Of a DNA stretch of 59,774 bases, positions 51,693 through 59,774 are shown in pieces. The stretch lies in assembly GCF_029243085.1 (NCBI RefSeq), contig NZ_JAQWSS010000011.1, forward strand, positions 1-59,774. Direction: 5' to 3'. Origin of the DNA: Candidatus Thioglobus sp. Its GTDB lineage: Bacteria > Pseudomonadota > Gammaproteobacteria > PS1 > Pseudothioglobaceae. The notes beneath the pieces were generated by a model. It did not search any database. It saw nothing but the letters and a program-made list of their open reading frames with translations, and was not told the origin of the DNA. Position numbers and translations under genes: made by a program. The stretch's first letter is position 1; every line of letters starts with the position of its first letter.

Positions 51693-51946
51693 TGGCTAAG
51701 CAACAAAAAAGAAAGCGTAGACCTCAAATTAAAATAAACTCTTTTTGCCGTTTTACTGCAGCAGGTGTTGAAAAGATTGACTATAAAGATGTTGACACTT
51801 TATTAAAGAACATTGATGAAAGTGGAAAGATCACACCATCAAGAATGACAGGTACTAGCGCTAAATTCCAGCGTCAGTTAACAACTGCCATTAAAAGAGC
51901 TAGATTCTTAGCTCTTATTCCTTACACTGATAAGCACAAGAAATAG
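51692..51946 (+). CDS. rpsR: 30S ribosomal protein S18
   Basis: IDYKD, GKI.PSR.TG, AIKRAR.LAL.PY. Confidence 0.98.
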   Translation: MAKQQKRKRRPQIKINSFCRFTAAGVEKIDYKDVDTLLKNIDESGKITPSRMTGTSAKFQRQLTTAIKRARFLALIPYTDKHKK

Positions 51947-51957
51947 GAGTACTAATC

Positions 51958-52410
51958 ATGCAAGTAATTTTATTAGAAACAATTCAAAAACTAGGTTCGC
52001 TAGGCACTCTTGCGAATGTTAAAGCGGGTTATGCTCGTAATTTCCTAATCCCACAAGGAAAAGTTAAACCAGCAACAAAAGCTAACCTTGCTGAGTTTGA
52101 AACTTTAAAAGCTGGTCTAGAAGCTAAAGAGGCCGCTGCACTAAACGATGCAAAAGCTATCGAAGCTAAAATGACTGGTACTGTTTGCAAAATTATGGCA
52201 AATGCTGGTGAGGAAGGCAAACTATTCGGCTCTATTACAACTGCCGATATCACTGCAAGCCTTGCTGATGCTGGTTTTGAAGTTGAAAAACGTAACGTTA
52301 ACATGTCTGAAGCGATTCGCTATACTGGTGAATACGACGTGACTGTAACGCTACATTCTTCGATTGCGGTAGCAATTCAGGTTGTTGTTGAGGCACAAGA
52401 AGAAGAGTAA
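51958..52410 (+). CDS. rplI: 50S ribosomal protein L9
   Basis: VK.GYARNFL.P, GKLFGS. Confidence 0.98.
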   Translation: MQVILLETIQKLGSLGTLANVKAGYARNFLIPQGKVKPATKANLAEFETLKAGLEAKEAAALNDAKAIEAKMTGTVCKIMANAGEEGKLFGSITTADITASLADAGFEVEKRNVNMSEAIRYTGEYDVTVTLHSSIAVAIQVVVEAQEEE

Positions 52411-52439
52411 TAATTTAGCTTAAAATTAAGTTAAAATTA

Positions 52440-52470
52440 AGAACCCTCGCAAGAGGGTTTTTTATTTTTT
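52440..52470 (+). terminator. Intrinsic terminator after rplI
   Basis: AACCCTC-GCAA-GAGGGTT followed by T tract. Confidence 0.85.
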
Positions 52471-52480
52471 AGGCAATCCT

Positions 52481-53926
52481 ATGGACATTGAAAACGTAAA
52501 AATTCCACCTAATTCATTAGATTCAGAGCAGTCAGTTTTGGGCGGATTACTATTGCATAACGATGCCTGGGATCAAGTGGCCGACATCTTAACCGAAATT
52601 GACTTTTACAATGCCTCGCATCGCATTATCTTTCAAGCAATATCAACACTCCTGCATCATGATCAGCCAGCTGATATTTTAACGGTTAAAGAGCAAGTTA
52701 AAAAAACTGGCAATGAAGAAACCATTGGCGGTTTTGTTTACCTAGCTCAAATTGCTGAAAACACGCCGAGTATTTCCAATATTGAAGCTTATGCTAAACA
52801 TGTACGCGAGCTTAGCGTTTATCGCCAACTTATCCTAGCTAGCCATGAAATTGCCGATACTGCATACAATCCTAAAGAGATGGAAGTTCAAGAATTGATC
52901 GATCTATCGGAAAAAAAGATTTTTGAAATAGCTGAGCAAGTAACCCGAAATAAGCAAGATGTTGTTAATGTAAAAGATATTATCAAAGATGTTGTTAATC
53001 GAGTGCATGAGATGCAAGAAGCTGATGGCATTACCGGTCTAGAAACCGGTTTTAGTGAATTAGATAAAATAACATCTGGACTGCAAAATGGAGAACTAAT
53101 CATTGTTGCTGGGCGTCCTTCTATGGGTAAAACAGCCTTTTCAATGAATATTGTTGAGCATGTTGCCATTACTGCCAAAAACCCAAAGCCTGTTGCTGTA
53201 TTTAGTTTAGAGATGCCTACAGAATCACTGGTGATGCGTATGATTACTTCATTTGGCCATATCAAGGGTGAAAATCTAAAAGACACCATGACTGAAACTG
53301 ACTGGAATAGTTTTAATCATGCAGTATTGGCACTTGAAAAATCAACCGTCTTGATTGATGAAACACCCTCTATTACACCAACTGAAATTCGAGCAAAATG
53401 TCGCCGTCTTAAGCGTCAATACCCTGACTTATCTCTGATTATGGTAGATTATTTACAGTTGATGGTTGTGCATGGAAAAGGCGATAATCGAGTGCAAGAA
53501 ATTTCTGAAATCTCACGCTCACTTAAAGCGCTAGCTAAAGAAATAAACGTACCTGTTATCGCCCTATCTCAACTAAATCGTGGCGTTGAATCTCGTCCCA
53601 AAGCGGGAAAAGGTCGTATGCCTCAAATGTCAGATTTGCGTGAATCTGGTGCGATTGAGCAAGATGCTGATATCATCGCGTTTATTTATCGTGACCAGCA
53701 ATATCATGATGACTCTTACTCAAATCCAGAAGAAATTGGCAAGGCTGATTTACAAATTGCAAAACATAGAAATGGTTCTACGGGTAGGATTAAACTCGCC
53801 TTTATTGGTGAGTATGCACGTTTTGAAGATTTGGCTAACGAAGATCAATTTCAAGGTATGCCAGATGAGCAAATGGATGCCGCCTATATCAATAATATGG
53901 CCAATTTCGATCAAGAGCCCTTCTAG
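52481..53926 (+). CDS. dnaB: Replicative DNA helicase
   Basis: GRPSMGKT, DYLQL, SQLNR, DLRESG.IEQDAD. Confidence 0.98.
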   Translation: MDIENVKIPPNSLDSEQSVLGGLLLHNDAWDQVADILTEIDFYNASHRIIFQAISTLLHHDQPADILTVKEQVKKTGNEETIGGFVYLAQIAENTPSISNIEAYAKHVRELSVYRQLILASHEIADTAYNPKEMEVQELIDLSEKKIFEIAEQVTRNKQDVVNVKDIIKDVVNRVHEMQEADGITGLETGFSELDKITSGLQNGELIIVAGRPSMGKTAFSMNIVEHVAITAKNPKPVAVFSLEMPTESLVMRMITSFGHIKGENLKDTMTETDWNSFNHAVLALEKSTVLIDETPSITPTEIRAKCRRLKRQYPDLSLIMVDYLQLMVVHGKGDNRVQEISEISRSLKALAKEINVPVIALSQLNRGVESRPKAGKGRMPQMSDLRESGAIEQDADIIAFIYRDQQYHDDSYSNPEEIGKADLQIAKHRNGSTGRIKLAFIGEYARFEDLANEDQFQGMPDEQMDAAYINNMANFDQEPF

Positions 53927-53932
53927 ATTATT

Positions 53933-54979
53933 ATGCACGCCGTAGCGTCTATTTCACAATCAGCTTTATCTCATAATTTATCCGTTGTACGTGAATATGC
54001 TCCTAATTCAAAATTGGTTGGCATGGTCAAAGCTAACGCTTATGGGCATCATCTGGACTTAATCAAACCTTTGATGCAAGCTGATATCCTTGCAGTTAGT
54101 GAGCTTAGTGAAGCTCGCCAACTGAGATTACTGAGTACCAGGCCAATTTTATTATTATCTGGTGTTTTTAACGATAATGAACTCCTTAGTGCGATTCAAT
54201 TGAACTGCCACTTAGTGTTGCATGACTTGTCTCAGTTAAGTGTTATTACTAATACCAATCAATCTATTCATATTTGGCTGAAAGTTGATACTGGTATGCA
54301 CCGACTTGGTCTTTCAGAACAAGATCTCAATACTTGCTTGCAAGAACTTAAAGATCATTCAAATATTCATGTTGAGTGTGTCATGAGTCACTACGCCTGC
54401 GCCGATGAAGAAAATCACCTTCAGAATACTCAACAACTGAACAGCTTTAACCAGCTAGCTATTGACGGCATTGCCCGATCAATGGCTAATTCTGCAGCAA
54501 TTCTTAACTTACCTGAATCTCATTTTGAGTATGTCCGTCCCGGCATTATGCTTTATGGCGTCTCACCCTTTGCGGTGGCTGATAAAAGATTACAGCCAGT
54601 CATGGAGTTATCTGCGCCAATTATTAGCATTAAAACAATTAAAACCGGGGAAAGTGTTGGCTATGGGGCGACCTGGTGTGCTTCTGTAGATACCAAGATT
54701 GCCATTATTGGCATTGGCTATGGTGATGGTTATCCACGTCATGCCAAAAACAACACTCCTGTGCTGATTAACGATACGCTATGCCCACTTGCTGGTCGAG
54801 TTTCAATGGATTTGATTTGTGTTGATATTGGCACTCTGAATGTGTCTGTTGGTGACAAGGCTATTTTATGGGGGCATGACAAACTATCTATTGAAACCGT
54901 AGCCTCATATAGTGACACGATTGGCTATGAATTGCTAACGAGTGTCAGTAGTCGTGTTAATTTTATGACACATGATTAA
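53933..54979 (+). CDS. alr: Alanine racemase
   Basis: VKANAYGH, DTGMHRLG, GY.DG, GRVSMD. Confidence 0.96.
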   Translation: MHAVASISQSALSHNLSVVREYAPNSKLVGMVKANAYGHHLDLIKPLMQADILAVSELSEARQLRLLSTRPILLLSGVFNDNELLSAIQLNCHLVLHDLSQLSVITNTNQSIHIWLKVDTGMHRLGLSEQDLNTCLQELKDHSNIHVECVMSHYACADEENHLQNTQQLNSFNQLAIDGIARSMANSAAILNLPESHFEYVRPGIMLYGVSPFAVADKRLQPVMELSAPIISIKTIKTGESVGYGATWCASVDTKIAIIGIGYGDGYPRHAKNNTPVLINDTLCPLAGRVSMDLICVDIGTLNVSVGDKAILWGHDKLSIETVASYSDTIGYELLTSVSSRVNFMTHD

Positions 54980-55670
54980 ATTGCTCCAAATCAGTGATTG
55001 TCATATTGATGACCAGGCCTTAGCCATGGGGGTTGACACACAAACTAATCTTGCAAAGGTTGTTAAAAAAATATCCAATCAAAAATTTGAAGCTTTATTA
55101 ATAAGTGGAGATTTGTCAAATAGCGGTTCACTATATTCCTACAAACGATTAAAAGAAATTCTTTTGCCGATTCAACAACCAACTTATGTTTTCGGTGGCA
55201 ATCATGATAATATCGATCAACTCACTAAAGAATTCAGTGACAATCTTTTTAATCATATTACACTGGGTAAATGGGGTCTGATCACTATAGATTCAGTTCA
55301 GCTGCACAAAACTAGTGGATTGGTTACCGAAGAAGCGCTAGAGACCCTCAACCAAACCCTTAAAAACTCTACCGCAGATTATATTATGGTTGCATTACAC
55401 CATCCTATAGTGTCGATGAATAGCAGCTGGAATGACGAACTATCACTAGAAAACCCACAAGATTTATTTAGAATACTTAATAAGCATTCTAAAATACGTT
55501 GTGTCATATTTGGACATGCTCATGAGGCAGCTCACTTTTATCATGAAAAATTTGATATCATATCTTGTCCGTCAACCGCTCTGCAGTTTACTCAAGAAAC
55601 TAGAATCGGCTTTAATGAATACCACCTTTACAATAACGGAAAGATAAACTGGACGACCCAATGGATCTAG
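54972..55670 (+). CDS. cpdA: CpdA/Icc-like metallophosphoesterase (cAMP phosphodiesterase)
   Basis: SDCH, SGD, GNHD, HHP, GH.H. Confidence 0.75.
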   Translation: MIKLLQISDCHIDDQALAMGVDTQTNLAKVVKKISNQKFEALLISGDLSNSGSLYSYKRLKEILLPIQQPTYVFGGNHDNIDQLTKEFSDNLFNHITLGKWGLITIDSVQLHKTSGLVTEEALETLNQTLKNSTADYIMVALHHPIVSMNSSWNDELSLENPQDLFRILNKHSKIRCVIFGHAHEAAHFYHEKFDIISCPSTALQFTQETRIGFNEYHLYNNGKINWTTQWI

Positions 55671-56116
55671 AAGTGCAATACTTAAATAAACTTTATAATC
55701 TTCGTCTATCTAAGACGTATAGCGATGTCAGCGCATTATTTGAGTCGAATTACCAAAAAATACTTGAATTAATTCCTTTGTTAAAAGAAACGGCACACTC
55801 TAGTATTATTTATCACAAAACATTATCAGACTTGTACTTAATAGTTGAAGATCGATTCACCCACACAGGTGTGTTTACTTTGACGCACATTCTGAATGGC
55901 GAAGTCAAAAAGCCGGATATTAAATTTAAAGTTTATTTTGATGCGCAGCTTTTAGAGGTTCTCTCAGTATGTAACGAAACTACACTTAACTCTGAACATC
56001 CTTATATAGCACAATGTGATGATATGAATATACAATGGGAGTTAAATCTATTTATCGAAAGATGGCTAGATTATTGTTTGGATAAATATCAAGGAAAATC
56101 ATGGCAGATGCTGTAG
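55661..56116 (+). CDS. DUF1249/YqiB-like protein
   Basis: LFE.NY, PD....Y.DA...EV, LN.F...WL.YC; next to cpdA. Confidence 0.7.
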   Translation: MDLEVQYLNKLYNLRLSKTYSDVSALFESNYQKILELIPLLKETAHSSIIYHKTLSDLYLIVEDRFTHTGVFTLTHILNGEVKKPDIKFKVYFDAQLLEVLSVCNETTLNSEHPYIAQCDDMNIQWELNLFIERWLDYCLDKYQGKSWQML

Positions 56117-57003
56117 ACCCAAAAGCAAAAGATAAGTTAGTCGTTGCAATATCATCAAGAGCCTTATTTGACTTGGATGAATCTCATCAAATTTTCAAGC
56201 AACAAGGTGTTGAAGCCTACGCTCAACATCAAGAACAAAATGAAGATGTAATACTTCCGCCTGGAGTCGGTTTTTCTTTGGTTAAAAAGCTGTTAGCACT
56301 CAACACCAAACAAAATCCCATTGATGTCATTTTATTATCTAGAAATAGCGCAGATACAGGTTTAAGAATTTTTAATTCTATCGAACACTACGGTCTAAAC
56401 ATTTCTCGAGCAGCCTTTACCCGTGGCGAAAGTACACATAACTTAGTAGGCGCTTTTGAAGCTGATTTGTTTTTGTCAAGTAATTATCAAGATGTTCAAA
56501 AAGCCTTAGAATCAGGTTTTGCGGCAGCCTCTATTGTTGGCGAAGGCGCTAAAGATTCACATGAAACTCAATTACGCATTGCCTTCGACGGGGATGCGGT
56601 TATTTTTTCTGATGAGGCTGAAAAGATCTATCAAGAAAAAGGCATTGATGCCTTTGAAGAAAATGAAAAAAACTCTGCCCATGTTGAGCTTAAGGCAGGA
56701 CCTTTTAAATGCTTTTTAAAATCCCTACATAAAATTCAAGCCGCCTTCCCCGTTGAAAATAATCCAATTCGCACCGCCCTAGTAACAGCACGCTCAGCAC
56801 CCTCACACAAGCGCGTTATTCATACTATGCGTGAATGGGGTATTCGGATTGATGAGTCATTTTTTTTAGGTGGTTTAGACAAAGGAGTGTTTTTAAAAGA
56901 ATTTGATGCGGATATTTTCTTTGATGATCAGCATTCACACTGTGAATCAGCTTCACAATATGTACCTACAGGCCATGTTCCAAATGGGATAAGTAACACT
57001 TAA
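56101..57003 (+). CDS. 5'-nucleotidase (cN-I-like family)
   Basis: VAISSRALF, RIAFDGDAV.F, VTAR, FFDDQ. Confidence 0.92.
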   Translation: MADAVDPKAKDKLVVAISSRALFDLDESHQIFKQQGVEAYAQHQEQNEDVILPPGVGFSLVKKLLALNTKQNPIDVILLSRNSADTGLRIFNSIEHYGLNISRAAFTRGESTHNLVGAFEADLFLSSNYQDVQKALESGFAAASIVGEGAKDSHETQLRIAFDGDAVIFSDEAEKIYQEKGIDAFEENEKNSAHVELKAGPFKCFLKSLHKIQAAFPVENNPIRTALVTARSAPSHKRVIHTMREWGIRIDESFFLGGLDKGVFLKEFDADIFFDDQHSHCESASQYVPTGHVPNGISNT

Positions 57004-57075
57004 TCATACCGCTGTTGTCTGCAGTGTTTTAAGCGGTAGTGTAAAATATTGATAAATTTCAAGATATTTAAACAC

Positions 57076-58344
57076 ATGAGTAAAAAAATCCAAGCTATTC
57101 GTGGCATGAATGATCTACTTCCAAAAGACTCTGATCTTTGGACACATGTAGAGCGCACCATTGCTGACTTATTTAGTGCGTATGGCTACAAAAATATTCG
57201 TACACCTGTGGTTGAAAAAACAGATACTTTTTGTCGCGCTATTGGTCAGGCAACTGACATTGTTGAAAAAGAAATGTACTCATGGACAGAATCCAATGGA
57301 GATTCTCTCAGTCTGCGTCCCGAAGGTACAGCTGGTTGCGTGCGCATGATGATTGAACACAACCTACCTAGAGAGGGTATTCAAAAAGTCTTTTATCAGG
57401 GAGCTATGTTTAGACATGAACGTCCTCAAAAAGGTCGATATCGCCAATTCCACCAAGTGGGTCTTGAGGTGTTTGGTGCGGCTGATGCAAAAATCGATGC
57501 AGAACTAATGATGATGACTCACAGTCTGTGGAAAAAATTAGGCCTAAAAAATATCACACTTGAAATTAACACATTAGGCTCTAGCGAGGCAAGAGCAAGT
57601 TATCGCAATATTTTAGTTGAATACTTTTCACAACATAAAGATGAGCTTGATGAAGATAGCCTTAGACGCTTAGAAACCAATCCTTTGCGAATCCTTGATA
57701 GTAAAAACAGGGAAATGCAATCACTTATCAATAATGCGCCAAAATTAATGGATCATTTAGATGATGAATCTGCAGAACATTTTGAACAATTTAAGTCTTA
57801 CTTAGATTGTCTAGGTATTGATTTTGTCATCAATACACGTTTAGTACGTGGCCTTGATTATTACAATCGTACAGTGTTTGAATGGACCACAACAGATCTT
57901 GGCGCACAAGGAACTATTTGTGCTGGAGGACGATATGATGGATTGGTTGAGAAGATGGGTGGCAAACCAACGACAGCAGTAGGTCTTGCTATCGGTCTTG
58001 AGCGTCTCATCTTACTATTAGAAGAGCAAAATATAGAAATTTCAGACAATAAATTATCAATTTACATAGTGGCGCCAGGTGATGCAGTTCAACTTAAATC
58101 TATGCAAATAGCTAACAAGCTTCATGACACATTAAGCAACGTGATTATTTACAATGATATGACTATAGGTAGTTTTAAAAGTCAATTTAAAAAGGCTGAC
58201 AAAGCCAATGCTGACTTTGCATTAATTCTTGGAGAAGAAGAATTAAACGACAACAAAATTAGTATTAAGCCGTTAAAATCTCAAGACGAGCAAAAAACAC
58301 TAGATCTTGATGAGGCAATCAAATTTTTTAAGGATTACAGATGA
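57076..58344 (+). CDS. hisS: Histidyl-tRNA synthetase
   Basis: RPEGTA, RHERPQKGRYRQF, VRGLDYY, GGRYD; likely ATG 57076. Confidence 0.98.
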   Translation: MSKKIQAIRGMNDLLPKDSDLWTHVERTIADLFSAYGYKNIRTPVVEKTDTFCRAIGQATDIVEKEMYSWTESNGDSLSLRPEGTAGCVRMMIEHNLPREGIQKVFYQGAMFRHERPQKGRYRQFHQVGLEVFGAADAKIDAELMMMTHSLWKKLGLKNITLEINTLGSSEARASYRNILVEYFSQHKDELDEDSLRRLETNPLRILDSKNREMQSLINNAPKLMDHLDDESAEHFEQFKSYLDCLGIDFVINTRLVRGLDYYNRTVFEWTTTDLGAQGTICAGGRYDGLVEKMGGKPTTAVGLAIGLERLILLLEEQNIEISDNKLSIYIVAPGDAVQLKSMQIANKLHDTLSNVIIYNDMTIGSFKSQFKKADKANADFALILGEEELNDNKISIKPLKSQDEQKTLDLDEAIKFFKDYR

Positions 58345-58943
58345 AAAACTTTATTGAAGTTGGAAAAACTGAAGATGAACAAGCAGAGCAAATAAAAAAG
58401 TGGATCAAAGAGAACGGTCCTCAAATAATTGCAGGTATTGTGCTTGGTTTGGGTGGTATTTGGGGGTTAGATGCTTATAAAGTACATCAACATCAACAAT
58501 CTATTGATGCTAGAGCTTTATATTTAAACTCTAATTTAAGCACCTTCGAACAACTTAATACAGAGCATACTGATAGTAGCTACCTACAAGAAGCCACATT
58601 ATTGCAGGCAAAAACAGCGGTCAAAAACAAAAACTACGAGTTAGCCTTACAACAGCTAACTCCTCTAATTAATGATGAGAATATCATTATTGCCAACATT
58701 GCCATTATGAGAATGGCTAGCGTGCAATTGGAAATGGGTAATTTTAAAAAAGCACTTACTACATTAGATAGCAAAGTATCAGGTGAATTCAATGGTTTAT
58801 ACAATCAGTTGAGAGGTGATATTTACGTTGCTGATGGTCAAATTTCCAAGGCCCAAGAGCACTATAAATTAGCACTAACTCAAATCTCTAGAGACTCTGA
58901 GTTGCAAAGTCTGGTTAACATTAAACTTTCTGACTTAAATTAA
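58341..58943 (+). CDS. yfgM: YfgM family TPR-like membrane chaperone
   Basis: E.EQ.E..K.W.KENG plus TM, RGDI; follows hisS. Confidence 0.88.
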   Translation: MKNFIEVGKTEDEQAEQIKKWIKENGPQIIAGIVLGLGGIWGLDAYKVHQHQQSIDARALYLNSNLSTFEQLNTEHTDSSYLQEATLLQAKTAVKNKNYELALQQLTPLINDENIIIANIAIMRMASVQLEMGNFKKALTTLDSKVSGEFNGLYNQLRGDIYVADGQISKAQEHYKLALTQISRDSELQSLVNIKLSDLN

Positions 58944-58953
58944 CAGACATAAT

Positions 58954-59774
58954 ATGGGCTTACCTACTATCTCACTCGTTGGACGCCCTAATGTTGGCAA
59001 GTCTACCTTATTCAATCGACTTAGCAATTCTCGTCAAGCACTGGTTTCAGACTTTGAAGGCTTAACACGTGATCGTCAATATGCAGAAGTTTTACTAGAT
59101 GATGATAGCGAAACATTTGCCACCATTATTGATACTGGCGGCTTAACCAATGAAGACAATGTTGTAGATAGCGGCATTCAAGGACAGGTGCTAAGCGCTT
59201 TAGAAGAGTCTGATGTTATTTACTTTATTGTGAGCAGTCGAGATGGGGTAATTGGCCTTGATTTAGAAATTGCATCACAATTAAGACGCCTTAAAAAAGA
59301 CATTATTCTTGTCTGTAATAAGGCAGAAGGTTTAGATGAAACAGCTGCGGCTGAATTTTATGAATTAGGCCTGGGTGAGCCAAGACTTATTTCAGCCGAG
59401 CATGGTCAAGGTCTTGCTGATTTAATTGAACACACATTACCTCTACTACCTCAGGTAGATCTTGAAGAAGAGGAAGATGAGGTTGAAGGTATTGCAGTTG
59501 CAGTGCTAGGCCGACCCAATGTTGGAAAATCAACATTAATTAACCGAATTTTAGGGGAAGAGCGTGTACTGGCAATTGATATGCCAGGCACAACACGTGA
59601 TAGCATCTATATTCCATTTGAACGTGAAAATCAAAAATATACACTAATTGATACAGCGGGCATTCGTCGTAAACGCTCCACTCATGAGAAGATTGAGATT
59701 TTCTCTATTATTAAAGCGATTGACGCCTTAGACAGATCCCATGTCGTTATTTTAGTTTTAGATGCTCATGAAGG
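58954..59774 (+). CDS. der: Ribosome biogenesis GTPase Der/EngA (truncated by window end)
   Basis: MGLPTISLVGRPNVGKSTLFN, a second GRPNVGKS and DTAG in frame. Confidence 0.96.
   Translation, partial: MGLPTISLVGRPNVGKSTLFNRLSNSRQALVSDFEGLTRDRQYAEVLLDDDSETFATIIDTGGLTNEDNVVDSGIQGQVLSALEESDVIYFIVSSRDGVIGLDLEIASQLRRLKKDIILVCNKAEGLDETAAAEFYELGLGEPRLISAEHGQGLADLIEHTLPLLPQVDLEEEEDEVEGIAVAVLGRPNVGKSTLINRILGEERVLAIDMPGTTRDSIYIPFERENQKYTLIDTAGIRRKRSTHEKIEIFSIIKAIDALDRSHVVILVLDAHE

Noticed and set aside
52481-53926. Intein in DnaB
   Set aside because: Normal length and no splicing motifs; only a few-residue insertion (PKAGKG)

Overview
AT-rich, gene-dense gammaproteobacterial chromosome segment. Gene content suggests a streamlined marine sulfur oxidiser of the SUP05/Thioglobaceae type, but this is an inference. 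Most of it is housekeeping: recO-era-rnc, lgt-thyA, ctpA-parAB, lepB, serC-serA-pheA-hisC-tyrA-aroA, radA-nrdR-glyA, thrS-infC-rpmI-rplT-pheST-ihfA, recJ, lspA, fabI, ppiD, hupB, ccmCDEG, tsaB, rpsF-rpsR-rplI-dnaB-alr, hisS-yfgM-der, plus tRNA-Arg(CCG), tRNA-Asp(GTC) and tRNA-Val(TAC). Three things stand out. (1) An orphan Cas6/Cmx6-like endoribonuclease gene with no CRISPR array or other cas gene in the window. It is divergent from RNase III, upstream of a tandem SoxW-like thioredoxin, and near a cysteine-free DsrC/TusE homologue and a BigR/SqrR-like regulator, so it may be a Cas6 repurposed for sulfur-related RNA control. (2) A ~1.4 kb integrase-less islet in the 3' end of tRNA-Arg with nested direct repeats (17-bp att, 18-bp arm-like, ~67-bp inner repeat) around three small genes, two of which carry the same 15-bp motif at the same distance from their ATG. 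(3) A very compact cobalamin riboswitch ahead of btuB-btuM-btuR. No CRISPR array, rRNA gene, transposase or integrase was seen. All calls come from reading motifs by eye, not from database searches.
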